Shown: in pieces, positions 31,548-42,825 of the stretch
How positions within the stretch are numbered: the first letter of the stretch is position 1
How the letters are laid out: each line of letters starts with the position of its first letter
Assembly: GCA_054600435.1 (NCBI GenBank)
Contig: BAAIJX010000004.1
Location: forward strand, 682,001 to 746,000
Length of the DNA stretch: 64,000 nt
Direction of reading: 5' to 3'
Origin: Neophaeotheca triangularis
Lineage: Eukaryota
The notes under the pieces: generated by a model
Seen by the model: only the letters and a program-made list of their open reading frames with translations
Told to the model about the DNA's origin: nothing
Databases searched by the model: none
Program-made: the position numbers and the translations under genes

Positions 31548-31570
31548 ACGCGTCGGTTGGCGTCTCGCGT
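31548..31570. promoter_or_regulatory. MCB-like elements (ACGCGT, TCGCGT) upstream of CTF18
   Basis: ACGCGT at 31548-31553 and TCGCGT at 31565-31570, 60-85 bp upstream of the ATG of an S-phase gene. Confidence 0.5.
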
Positions 31571-32215
31571 AAAGCTGGAATAGATTAGATCAAGATAAGA
31601 TGGAGACCCCAGCTGAGCTGCGATTGGCTGCGCCCTCACGCACTAGTGATTGGATGAATCCCGAGTTCGGGCGAGAACAGCGCCACTCTCCTCGAGCCCC
31701 TGCAATAGCCAGCCAGACCTCGCACGACTTCCGCCGGGCTACTTATCACTGCATTATAATTCTGCCACCCGCTACGGCCAGGACCTCCTCGATTCTCTAT
31801 CCCCTCGTCTTTTGCCTTGCTCGCAACGAGGCGGAACAGTTTTAGAATCGGTTTTTAGGTACTATATAGGTATTAAATAAAGCGTCAAAAAGACGCCTCA
31901 ATGCTGCTTAAACCAACACCGCCCTAGGGAGTTTCGATGCAAATCGGCAGTCCCAGCCCATGCAGCAGCCCACGCAACCCCAGGTATCTCGCTTCAAAAC
32001 GAACCGAGACACGCCAGCGCTAAGAATTCAGGTCAAGACAACCCCATCCACCTATTCCATCCCGACCTCATCATCCTCAAAACTACTCCAGCACACCAGC
32101 ACCCGCATCCGCCCGTTAAATCCCTGCGCACCACAGTACTCATACATCTCCGCCGTCATCGCGCCAATTACCCACTCCATCCTCTCCACTCCACCCAAGT
32201 CAATCATTCATTCGA

Positions 32216-35200
32216 TCAATCAACCCTTACCCCCCCATCACCCCCCTCACCCACAACATCCCCACTCTCAAGCCCAGCCAACCGCTCAATCTCAACCTGC
32301 AGCGCCAAAACCCAATGATCCCTCTCAGCCCTAGAGCGAGCCTTAAAAACCAAACTCCTGCCCTTCGCCCCCAACTTCCCCACCCTCTTCAAACCTCCCC
32401 CCTTGCCCGCATCCCCAACCCCTCCCTCCCCTCCACCCCTCCCCTCATCCCCCTTCCCCCCACCACGAAACCAACTCTTAGTCTTGGCCTGCCAAACCAC
32501 AAACGTCGTCGTCGAGTCCTCATCCGCACTCGTCCAGTCATCCTCCAACCAAACTCTCGGCAAAGCATGCCGGCCCGGCGTGTTGGAATCAAATGTTTGA
32601 TTCTGATACAACAGATCATTCTCCGTCAAACTGCCGGAATAAACATAACACCCATTCAGATCCACGCTGGCGATGCGCTCATGATGGATATGGACGAGTT
32701 TCTTGCCGGTGGATTTTCGTAAAGTGTCTTGGTAGAGGAGTAAATGGCCGGCGGTTAGCAAGCAGTGAGCGCGGGTGAAGGTTGTATGACGGCGGGGTTT
32801 GCGGAATAAGGTACCCGACAGGTGGATGGGGCGGCAGTTGCTGATGCCGCAGAGGTTGTAGAGTTGGGTTGAGGCGTGAGAGGCGGAGACTTCCCATTTG
32901 TAAGCGAATTGGCCGACGTAGGCTTCGGCGCGCTCGTCGATTTGAAGGGCGCGGAGGTTCGTTTGCCGTATTTGCCGGTATAGTGACATGTCGGCTGTGG
33001 TGCGATGTTTCCAGTAGGTTATAAGCGCGGCTAGGCGGGTCTTCCAGAGGTTTTTGGTTTGCTCGTTGTAGGCTTGGAGCCGGATCACGAGGCCGTTTTT
33101 TAGTAGCAGCTCGAAGGTGCGGTCGTCGTCGACTTCGCGCGTGTCGCCATCGGGGGTCTGCGAGGATGTGGTGTCGGGGCTTTCGTGGAAGTCTACGTCT
33201 GGGCCTTCTTGAACTTCGTCGTCGGCGGGCGTGGCGCCGTGGTGCATGTCGCGGACGCGTTTGACGTCGCTTAGGCAGATGAAGCCGTCGCTGGAGAGAA
33301 GCATTTCTCTGTTGCGGGCGGCTTCGTGGGCGGCTTCGGCGTCGTGGGAAGTTTGCTCAGAGGCGTCGTAGTTGTCGTCGTGGGCCCAGGCGATGGAAGC
33401 GTGGGAGTGCTCGCCATCAGTAAGAGGGTAAGGCTCGATATCGTAGCTGATGGGTGTCTCATTGAGGAATTGCTGTTTGCTGGGAACAGTACCATCAGTG
33501 GGTTTCGGTGTCTTTGGCGGCGGAGGGGGTGTAGCGCGGGAAGGACGCAAGAACACAAGATACCTATCCTGCGAAGTGAAATAGAGCCGCTTGAAAAGCA
33601 TCTTGCCCATTCTTCTATCCTGCCCCTGTTGACTCGTCAACCTAACAAGAAACCCCTCGACCGGTGGGGGTTCCTCCATCGGCTCATCCTCGTACTTTGC
33701 TTTTGCCGGCTTCGCAAAAGTCGGATAATGGTCCTTTGGCCGTAGTTCCAGCTCATGGGTTTTTTGCATACCAATCGTCCCATACATCTTCCTCTCCGCA
33801 GCGCCATATATCCACTCCAGCCGGTCATACCTCCTCCACACCAAACCCACTCTCCCATGCTGCGCCCAAGCCTTCAACACCTCATCCCAATCTGGAGTTT
33901 GCCTAAGCATTTCGAAACACCTCTCAACGATCGCCCCCGCAGCGCCTTGCTCATCAATAACAGCCTTCGTCAGCGCCGCCTCGTCCCCCTCGGCCGCCTC
34001 GGCCTGCGCTCTCGAGGCCTCCAACGAGCGAAAGGGATCCGTAAGCCGCAAACTAACAGCCAAATCCGGGATATGAACTTGCAACTGCTGGCTGCGCTTA
34101 TGCCCCAACGCCGCGCGCATAAAAGTATACCACTCCACCGACGTCGCACCACTCTGCGGGCGCAAGTAATGAACCGTGGTCCGCCCACTCTTGGTAGTCC
34201 AAATACAAAGCGTCTTGTCCAGACTCGAGAACAAATCAACCCCAACCCCCTTCTTATCTAGCGCAATCTCCACTTTCGCCCTTTTCTTCTTTCCTCCCTC
34301 ATCCGAGGCGATAACCCGCGTTTCGTAAAACTGCACCACCGCGTCCGCATTCAGCCCGCCAGCCTGCTCCCCTTTCTTCCCGCCATCCCACGCCCTCGCC
34401 ACAACAATAACCTCCCGCCAACTATGCACCGTCTTCGCCTCCACACCCCTCGCAATCTTCTCATCAAACTCCCCACCTTCTATCCCCTGCCTCGTGACAT
34501 CCGTGCGCACGAGCATGGTGTCCATTTTCAAAATCTCCCCATCCCTCAACCCTTTCCGCCTAAATTTCCCCCGCGCCGCTGCACCCATGAGTGCCGCCCG
34601 CCTCCGCAGCGCCGAGCGCTCTGGCGACGAAAAACGCGCACGCTTAACAGTAGTCGGGATTTTGGGGACACGAAGAAGGTCCGAGGGATTGCGGGCGCGG
34701 TCGTGGTCACCGGGCGCAAAAGCCGCGCGGCCGCTCACGGGGTTGGGGGCTTGCTGTTGCTGTTGTTGCCGCGATTGTTGCCGGTGCTGCTTCCCCAGTA
34801 GCGAGACGTGCGAGTCCGGCGCTTCGGGGAAAGTGTCCTCGCTCGAGGCTGGGGGGTTGTTGGCGCCACCACTACCACCGCGAACCCCACCATCGCGGCC
34901 GGGGGAGCTGAAAGCGCTTTGAGAGCTTGGGCGAGCGGACTCGTCATTTGCTGTCGAAGCTCTGGGCGTGCCTGCCGGCGCTGCCCGACTTACGGCGGCG
35001 ACTGCCCGTTCCCCTCCATCCTGGGGTTGAGAGCTAGATGTCGGGATGGGCTGCGCAGCGATGAAGGTAGGAGTGCGGCTGGCGGTCGTGCTGGACGAAG
35101 GGAGGATGTGGCGTTTGTACCATTGTTTGCGGTGGCTGTTGAGCCAGCCTTCAGGGATAGGGCCGATGAAGGTGCGGCGGGTGGTCAGGTGGAGGTGTTC

Positions 35201-35254
35201 GGGGGTTGCGTGTTCGAGACGTTGAACTGTGTGGGAGTCGGGAGGGAGGAGCAT
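32216..35254 (-). CDS. SPO71: Spo71/Mug56-like PH-domain protein
   Basis: 1012-aa ORF. N-terminal PEHLHLTTRRTFIGPIPEGW, WRRYDRLEWI, PPPVEGFLVRLT, and PH-like C-terminal segments ending VFKARSRAERDHWVLAL. Confidence 0.85.
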   Translation of the reverse strand: MLLPPDSHTVQRLEHATPEHLHLTTRRTFIGPIPEGWLNSHRKQWYKRHILPSSSTTASRTPTFIAAQPIPTSSSQPQDGGERAVAAVSRAAPAGTPRASTANDESARPSSQSAFSSPGRDGGVRGGSGGANNPPASSEDTFPEAPDSHVSLLGKQHRQQSRQQQQQQAPNPVSGRAAFAPGDHDRARNPSDLLRVPKIPTTVKRARFSSPERSALRRRAALMGAAARGKFRRKGLRDGEILKMDTMLVRTDVTRQGIEGGEFDEKIARGVEAKTVHSWREVIVVARAWDGGKKGEQAGGLNADAVVQFYETRVIASDEGGKKKRAKVEIALDKKGVGVDLFSSLDKTLCIWTTKSGRTTVHYLRPQSGATSVEWYTFMRAALGHKRSQQLQVHIPDLAVSLRLTDPFRSLEASRAQAEAAEGDEAALTKAVIDEQGAAGAIVERCFEMLRQTPDWDEVLKAWAQHGRVGLVWRRYDRLEWIYGAAERKMYGTIGMQKTHELELRPKDHYPTFAKPAKAKYEDEPMEEPPPVEGFLVRLTSQQGQDRRMGKMLFKRLYFTSQDRYLVFLRPSRATPPPPPKTPKPTDGTVPSKQQFLNETPISYDIEPYPLTDGEHSHASIAWAHDDNYDASEQTSHDAEAAHEAARNREMLLSSDGFICLSDVKRVRDMHHGATPADDEVQEGPDVDFHESPDTTSSQTPDGDTREVDDDRTFELLLKNGLVIRLQAYNEQTKNLWKTRLAALITYWKHRTTADMSLYRQIRQTNLRALQIDERAEAYVGQFAYKWEVSASHASTQLYNLCGISNCRPIHLSGTLFRKPRRHTTFTRAHCLLTAGHLLLYQDTLRKSTGKKLVHIHHERIASVDLNGCYVYSGSLTENDLLYQNQTFDSNTPGRHALPRVWLEDDWTSADEDSTTTFVVWQAKTKSWFRGGGKGDEGRGGGEGGVGDAGKGGGLKRVGKLGAKGRSLVFKARSRAERDHWVLALQVEIERLAGLESGDVVGEGGDGGVRVD

Positions 35255-36143
35255 TGTTTGGGTTGTTGGGTTGGAGTTATGATAGGGTGGTTGTTTCTTG
35301 GGTGTAGCTGTAGCTGTAGGTTCTCGATGCTGCTGCAGGTTGTGTGGGGTTGGTTTGGGGAGATCATTTCAGGGATTCTTCTGTAGTCGCGATCGCTGTT
35401 TACTCGACAATTACGACGACATGTCAGTCTACTTGATAGTGATGGTATTATTAATAATGTGTGAATGAGGGGAGAAGACCAAGTAAAAAGCAGAAGATGT
35501 TATGCGCCAAAGATGTTGCAGGCGGCAGGACGAAAGAAGTGGAGAGTTGAAGATGGGGTCTTTCTTTCCCTTTGTCAAAGATCAGATTCAGATTCAGATT
35601 CATTCAGCTCCAGCCACTCATCTTTCCGCCTTCCGTCTCGGCTGATATCACAATAGTCCAATACAACCGTTGCGCATCTCAATATCACGAGACAGACACG
35701 GCACGTGTTGTACACAACGTGAGCATCATTGGTTCGACATGAAGAGCGCAATGAGAAATGGCCCGAGTCTCCGTGTTCTCATTTGATTCTTGTGAGTATC
35801 TACTTGTCAAGCCAAGGAAAACGTTCCGCTCTGGTAGCCTGCGTTCGTCGAGATCGAGAGGTCTCGAGCAGCCAGCCCTATTGAGCGCTCGCTATGCACG
35901 CATGATACGCATGCAAATACCAATCCCCTCTCATTCCCCAGAACAAAACGCTCGAATTAAATCTTCTGAGCCATTGACGGAGTGAAACAACCAGACTCCA
36001 TGCTAGAGAGGGCCCTTCATGGTCCTCTTCAGCATCCAACGCCTTTTAGACCCAGCCATAGCCCTCAACAGCGTACCCTTCCGTTCGGACCGCCATCACC
36101 AAACGTCTGCAAAGAACATGGAGCATCTCCTGCGCCCTGTCCG

Positions 36144-38321
36144 TCAACGATGGGACCTCCTACTCCCCCCATGACGATCCTCATACCGTCCCCTCTCCCT
36201 CTCATACCCCCTCTCCCCACGACGATCCTCGTACCTCCTCTCCCTATCCTCATACCTCCTCTCATCGACATACCTACGCTCCCTCTCCCTATCTCTCCCA
36301 CCCTCCCTATCTCTGCCGCGCTCCCTCTCCCTCTCCCTCTCCCGATGACCAGGCCGAACCCTATCCCGCTCATCCCGCTCCTCAGCCCGTAACCTCTCGC
36401 GCTCGCGGTCACGGACCCCATGATGGCCATCGCGGTCGCGGCCCCTGTCGCCTCGAGAGCGATCAGCACGACCGCCTACATCCGATGAGCTGGCAAAACG
36501 CTCTTGACGGTCGGCGCCACTGGCTCGCGAATCAACGGATCGACGGCGTGAAGACGATGGGTGACGGGGGACGGGAACTTCGATTTCCTCTTCGTAATCT
36601 TCCCATTCTTCCGTGAAGAACTTTTGCACTTCTGCTTTTTCGTCGACGGCGCGCTGGGGCTCGAGCATGAAGCGTAGAGTGCCACCGTCCTCTGGGGGTG
36701 GCGGGGCGCCGGTTGCAGTCTGGACTTGAGGAGGGCTGACGGGGGTTGGATGCCCATTGGCGACTTTGACGGCGGTGTTGCGACCGAGAGGGGGAGTGAA
36801 GCGGGGGAAACCGTTTTTGGTGCTTTCCGCGTTGTAGTGGAGGCGGATGCGGAGGAAGTCGTCGAGAGAAAATCTGGTTCCGAGAATCGTGGATGTAGTG
36901 TGGTGAGTGTAGAGGTCGAGGAGATCAAGGAGAGTCTCCATGATTTCCGGACGCGTCGTAGAGTACATTTTGAGGTCGGCGGCTTCGATGTTGCTAAGCA
37001 GGGTAGTGGCGTCTGTTAGACGGGCTGAGAGCTCTAGACATGCAAACGCGAGAGTAGCGGCGGACTGCTTCAGCGGCGCAAAGGTGCGATGGGCGTCGGT
37101 GCACATCACAAATGCCGTAGACGTCTCAATTCCTTTTGCGCCGTTGGTGAAAGTCTTGGCGAGCTTCGCGAGAACCTGATGAGGCGAACGCGTACGGAAG
37201 TCGAAACCACTGCTTTCCAGAACGAGACGCTCCAGACCGATGACCACACGGCTTGGGGCTTCGAAGATGGGATCGTCAGCGCCCAAGTGCTCGTGCGAAG
37301 GTGCTTTGAGGTTGTAAGAAGCAGCCAAAATGTCGCGCGACTTCTTCAACGTGTCTTCGTTCTTGCAAGCGGTGAGTAAGCTCGCAGCGCAAGCGTCCAT
37401 CCAGTTGTATTCTCCAGCCGGCTGTGCGAGGCGAAACTTGTGGTAGTAGACGCATGCTGTGGTGAAAGTGCGGACAGGGAGTTGGAGACTGCGCCGGATG
37501 TTATCGAGCCAGCTCACTCCCTGTAGACGCCATGAGTCCTCGCGAGCCTCGAGGAGACTCTTATCGCTAGCCGACGGTGTGAGAGATGGAGGGAAGAGTT
37601 TGCCCAGGATAACAGACTGCGACATGTACTGAGCCGAAACGCGGATGGTGCTTGGGTGGGGGCCGACGAGCTTGGTCTCTCCATTTGAGAGACGCTTCAC
37701 GGCGCCCATGATTGGATTCTTTGGTGAAGTCGACGGCTCGTCCTTTTCGCGGTATGGCTTGGGGAGTGGCAATGGTGGTGGAGGCATGGTGGAGAGGGAC
37801 AAAGATCGGGGGCGGGCGGCGGGCGAATCTCGGGACTCCGCGAGCTCGACTTCACCTCCTTCGACTTCTCCCTCACTATCATCCCTCTTCCACAACGTGA
37901 TGGCATTCCTGCTTGGGAATACCACGGTCATGTCATCGTCTTCGTATTCAAACTCAGAGCCACTGCTTTCTTCATCTTCCTCCTCTTCGTCCTCACCGTC
38001 CTCGTCCTGTGCCTTCTCATGCACAACTTCCTGCCCCATCCATCTCCTCCCAGCAACCATGATCTTGTTGGGATTCTCAGCCTCTTCAGCAGCACGGCGG
38101 TTAGCGTGTTTGTTGATGAGCGCCTCGAATGAGGTGTTCTCACTTGTGGGTTGGTTGCCACCACCGCGAGGCGGCTCTCCTCCACGTTTGTCCATGTCGC
38201 TGACCGTGTTCTGCTTGTAGAAGTCGTTAGTAGATGATTCTGCTTGAGTATTGGCTTTGGTGTTGTTTCTTTTGCGCCGCCATGAGGTTTGCCTGCCCCG
38301 TTGGCCTTTTGATGAACGCAT
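36144..38321 (-). CDS. Cyclin K/T-like CTD-kinase cyclin (Ctk2/Pch1-like)
   Basis: Cyclin box RLQGVSWLDNIRRSLQLPVRTFTTACVYYHKFRL...LLTACKNEDTLKKSRDIL...ERLVLESSGFDFR and an RE/RD-rich C-terminal tail. Start uncertain (in-frame ATGs include 38321, 38195 and 37787). Confidence 0.85.
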   Translation of the reverse strand: MRSSKGQRGRQTSWRRKRNNTKANTQAESSTNDFYKQNTVSDMDKRGGEPPRGGGNQPTSENTSFEALINKHANRRAAEEAENPNKIMVAGRRWMGQEVVHEKAQDEDGEDEEEEDEESSGSEFEYEDDDMTVVFPSRNAITLWKRDDSEGEVEGGEVELAESRDSPAARPRSLSLSTMPPPPLPLPKPYREKDEPSTSPKNPIMGAVKRLSNGETKLVGPHPSTIRVSAQYMSQSVILGKLFPPSLTPSASDKSLLEAREDSWRLQGVSWLDNIRRSLQLPVRTFTTACVYYHKFRLAQPAGEYNWMDACAASLLTACKNEDTLKKSRDILAASYNLKAPSHEHLGADDPIFEAPSRVVIGLERLVLESSGFDFRTRSPHQVLAKLAKTFTNGAKGIETSTAFVMCTDAHRTFAPLKQSAATLAFACLELSARLTDATTLLSNIEAADLKMYSTTRPEIMETLLDLLDLYTHHTTSTILGTRFSLDDFLRIRLHYNAESTKNGFPRFTPPLGRNTAVKVANGHPTPVSPPQVQTATGAPPPPEDGGTLRFMLEPQRAVDEKAEVQKFFTEEWEDYEEEIEVPVPRHPSSSRRRSVDSRASGADRQERFASSSDVGGRADRSRGDRGRDRDGHHGVRDRERERLRAEERDERDRVRPGHRERERERERGRDREGGRDRERERRYVDERRYEDRERRYEDRRGERGYERERGRYEDRHGGSRRSHR

Positions 38322-40128
38322 GATGGCGATATATGCTAAAGGGCGTAGAAATTGCTGCGAGCGGTAGTCCTCCAACACAGAGACCCGAAGCGCAGGCTCC
38401 CGCAGTATTGTAAAGAAAAGGAGAGTTACTTACTTCTCTGTGGCTTGTTGGTATGGTAGGTGACGATGGAGTGTTGCAGCAAAACACCAGCGACAGCGTG
38501 CGAGTGTTGTTGGAGTTTGGAAGCAAGAAGAGAGTTCCGCTGTCGACAGCAAGGTGGGCGTCGGAATCCCTCCAATACGCCAAGCATTTTTCTCACTTGA
38601 GGCGACGATGACGTGGGTTGGCCTCAGGCAGGGGATCGTATCTGCGGCGATGCAGACGGGTTGGCAGAAGGGCACCTTGGGCGGTCAATGGGCATGCTGC
38701 TCGGCGGTGAAGATTGTAAGCCAGACTCTTTTCGCTGCCTTTAGACAGTTCTTTTTGCCGGGTTTGTGAAGACTACTGGTGTCGTGCTCAGCAGCTAACA
38801 AGACAACACCTTGACCTGCTACTGACCAATACTAACTTGAGTGCGCCTTCCAAAAGGTCTAACTGCTGCATTACTTAATCTTCTACCGAGCTCCCATGGC
38901 AGATAAATTCGCTTCCGAGTGTCTCGATCTATCGATGTAGCCCGGACATGGCTCTACCCGCGAAGGGTTCGCCAGGGAGTATTGAAGGCATTGCCGCTTC
39001 ACAAGCATTCTGGAACCATCTTCAATCTTTAGGGCAACATTCCGATCAAGACAGTCCCACTGTATACGGGCGTTTCGTAGCTTGATCCTATTAAATTACG
39101 ATTCGTCGGGCGGGTGTGGGGTGTCAGTTACGAATAGCGGAAAAGGCATTGACGCCGCCGGCGACCCTACTGCCTTCCAGATGACGGATACGTTTCATGA
39201 TAAGTTGTTGAACGTTACACGTAAGTCATTCCAGGCCTTCCATATATTGTTGCGCATCCATGAGTTCGATTTTGCATATTTGCAGCGTCGCAGACCCATC
39301 ATGAAGATGCATCTCTCGGCGTAAATATTTGACTGAGTGTGAATTGGCTTAGAAAAGATTCCCGTCAACTATCCGGAAGCTAACCCTCGACGCCCGACCA
39401 AGACGAAAAGACTTCGGCAAGGCAAAAATAAAAAGCGCAAAAAAAGACCGAAGAACCCAGCGACATTGGCCAGCTTGGGAGAGGAAGGTGAAACACCCCT
39501 TTCGGAGTTTTCATTTAACTCCTTTTCACCCTTTCCCACAGCAGCAACACCTCGGCGTCTGAGCGCACACTTCCGTCCAGTGACGTACTTTGCTCAAGAC
39601 GCCCCTAGAGGCGCTGCTGCTGCGATTCGAACTCAGCACGGCGGGGCGGATCAAGGAGGGGCTATGAGCCGCCGCCTTGACCGTTGCGCCATGTTGGGTT
39701 GGAGATTTTTGGGTACTGGGATTGCCGGCTTAACACATATGTTGTTTAGCCCATACCGGCACCTTGCTGGGTGGAACATGTGACTGACTGCACATAACTT
39801 GCCTGATGAGGCTCTGCTACCTACCTAGGTCCTTAGTACTATTCTGCGGCTGAGTGAAGGGTACCTTGAAGGGTACCTACATCCCTTACTAACCCCTTCG
39901 ATCCTTGACACTCAACAGTCGGTACAGGTTTCACCTGACTCTGTATTCGACAAGCTACCTTCGACTGTTGTCTTCACCTCAAAGTTACGGCAACTTCTCT
40001 GTAACCCAGTTCTCGCGTTCTGATATTCAGACATCTTGCGACACCTTCGGCATCTGACTGCGACTTTGCGACTCTACAACCCTGTCAATAAGTGTTTGAC
40101 TCTACATTGACTTTTCCAAGATGTTCTC

Positions 40129-41307
40129 GTGACAGCAGAAAGAAAGACCTCAGTAATCAAACAGCATGCGCGACCCTCACTCTCCATTCTTGCTGATAGT
40201 GCTAAGCAGGTCCACTATGCCACAAGCCTCTGTGTCTGCTATCTGCCACCTACGGACCTGGCGATTCAGACATTCTCCACCAGGATGAAACGCGCGCAAG
40301 AGGATAGCCATGGGGCCAAGTCTGCTCTTTCAGCTTGCGCTGTCACTCTCAATTTCGATATCGGATGCAGTATTCAATTGGCACTCGTTGGAGAAGGCTC
40401 CAAAAGCGGACCTCGACTATTCTGAGAGCTTCTTAAGGACCAATAGGCTGCTGTCAACGCACTCAGAGCCAAAGCAATCAACTTCGATGCCCGGGAGTAC
40501 CATGTTCAAGGCTTTCTTCACCGGCGTCGAGAGTGCCTTCCATGGTCAAATTACTAAGGAGCTACGGGTTGTGACAATTGACTGCATGACTGCAAAGCCA
40601 CCGACGGTGGTGTGTCGCCATCTCCAGAGACGCCGGTAGGGCAGGCCTTCAGGCATCTTCAGTCCCTGTTCGAACAGCCTTCAGTATGCATCGAGGTTTC
40701 GGTGCTGCCATACTTGAAGCGCACCAACAATTCACCCACTACTCAAACTATTGGGCAAAGCCTGAGTCTCACCGACTCCAACTTGCGGTAGGAAGAAGGA
40801 AGCGTAGACAGGGCTGCCGTGACCAACGGAGGCGTCAGGGTTAACAACTCAAGCGCGGAGAAGAGAATGCGTGATCAAGAGGAGAATGAGACAGCTAGCT
40901 CGACTAAAAAGCAGAAGCGCGCCACTGCTGCACACGTTCCCACCATCTCGCAGGTCATTGCGTCCTCCCAACGTCACCTTCGACAAGCCGCAGAAGATAT
41001 ACGATGGACTTCAGAGCCCTTCCCCCGTATGCTCGGCGACGGTACCACTGCTGCTGCTCAGCTGGGGACGCCGACCACACTCAACTCCACCCTTGTCGAC
41101 GCTTGGACTGGTCTGGTCTCGACTCAAGTACTTCAGAAGGTTCCACTAGAGCAGAGGAAGATTGCTGAGATGGTCTTCGATGATGCAGCAAGGGCTCCGG
41201 CCAAAAGCGGTTCCGGAAGGAAGATAAGTCTCACTACGCGCGAGGTCGAGGAAAGATGTGAGTGGTGGAAATGGACACGGCGAGTGGGGTTACCAATTGT
41301 AGAGTAG
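40129..41307 (+). pseudogene. Fragmented hypothetical coding sequence
   Basis: Same-strand consecutive or overlapping ORF fragments (40129-40425, 40310-40639, 40819-41307) with protein-like composition but no clean splice model. No family recognised. Confidence 0.25.
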
Positions 41308-42825
41308 AGAGGGGGATCAGACTGAGGCGGGTGACTGTGACGGCAGTTGTGAAGCCCGGTAACTTTCCGAGAAGAATCAAGGTAAAGCCTGCGATTTGTT
41401 CGGGACAGTGGCCGAACCTGTTAGCAGCTGTTGACAAATCGATGGGCTAGGAGCGGATTGCCTATCCGCCAACACAAGAGGTGCCTCCAGTCTCGTGTTG
41501 TGGCATCTTGAGGCTAGTAGAGAGCATTCTCAAAAGATACTTAGGCAGCAAAGCTGGCATCTTTACGGACTGAAATCAGCTCACGCTCTTATCAGACCTC
41601 CGGGCGAAGCGCAGGCTATTAACCGACGCCATCGTGAGGGTACTGGAGATTGGAACGCCTTACACCTGGCGCTGCTTTGGCCCTAAAGACGGAACAATTT
41701 CACTACCGCAAGCATTTGAGCGGAGGCCGGGAAACACTTCAAGGAGGCCGAGGACGACTTCCCGGCCGAAGTCAGGAGTAAACTCGAAGTTGCGAGTATC
41801 ATGAACTGAGGTGATGCCGGACGGAAATGCATGGAAGATGGGTAGCCTAGGCAAGGGATAGAGAGATTTAAGCATTCGGGTAGTGAGTAGCGATAGAACC
41901 CTTTGGCGAAGGCAGTGCATGTTTCTCAAGTCTTGTAACCATTCTAATTCATAGTCACTCTGAAGTCGAATTCCCACCCCGAAGGCACGTGTTTCCTTGG
42001 AACCAAGCATGAATTGTGTGCAGACAACCGGTTCTTGCACTTCTTCAGCAAAAACCCAACTTTTTCCTCTTTTTAGCTTCTTCCCTTTGTTTGCCATCAA
42101 TCGTCCCCTCCTATTTTCCCCTTTCCAGCAGGCGGCAGCTTCGAAGAGTGTCAGTCATCCTCCGTCTTGCTTGGCGTAGCTACAGACCTGTTCAGCAAAG
42201 AGAGCTTATTCTACTTGAACCTTTCATGAACTGGGTATCCGGGCCAATCCTCAAATATCATTACTCGTCTGCCGGCACTTCGACCTCCTAAGACTGCAAA
42301 ACCGCCTACGAATACCCCCACCATCCCCCCCACGCAACAAAAGATGTCATGTCTGTCGCACACAGCCGCAGCGTTTCCTCATGTCTTCAGCTTTGACACC
42401 AGCGCGCTATCGTAAGAAGTCAGACGAGCTCATCGAGCTTGTAGACCCTTCCCCCCTGATAACCTCAGCTGCTTTTTAGCATGTTCGTGAGCTTAAGCGT
42501 AATAGTGATACCACCTTGGAGAAAGATCTTCGAGGCTCTATCACGAGAAACAAGGAGCAGTGCCTTTGCAATAGGAGCGCAGCGCCGCCGAAATCAACGG
42601 GATACTGGCACAGACCGTCGTTCAGTTTTGTGCTGGGCATGAAGGTTGATTACTTTCTCGGATTAGCGATATAGATACCCTACCACTCTTGCTCTAGCAA
42701 GACATCCCAATTCATTTTCAAGCACCAAGGTTTCAAGGGCTGTAGCCGTATCCAGTGACTTGTAGCAGAAGAAAGCCCTGTGGTGCTGCAGGCCAAATCC
42801 ACCGATACTGCGAATCTACTCTGTC

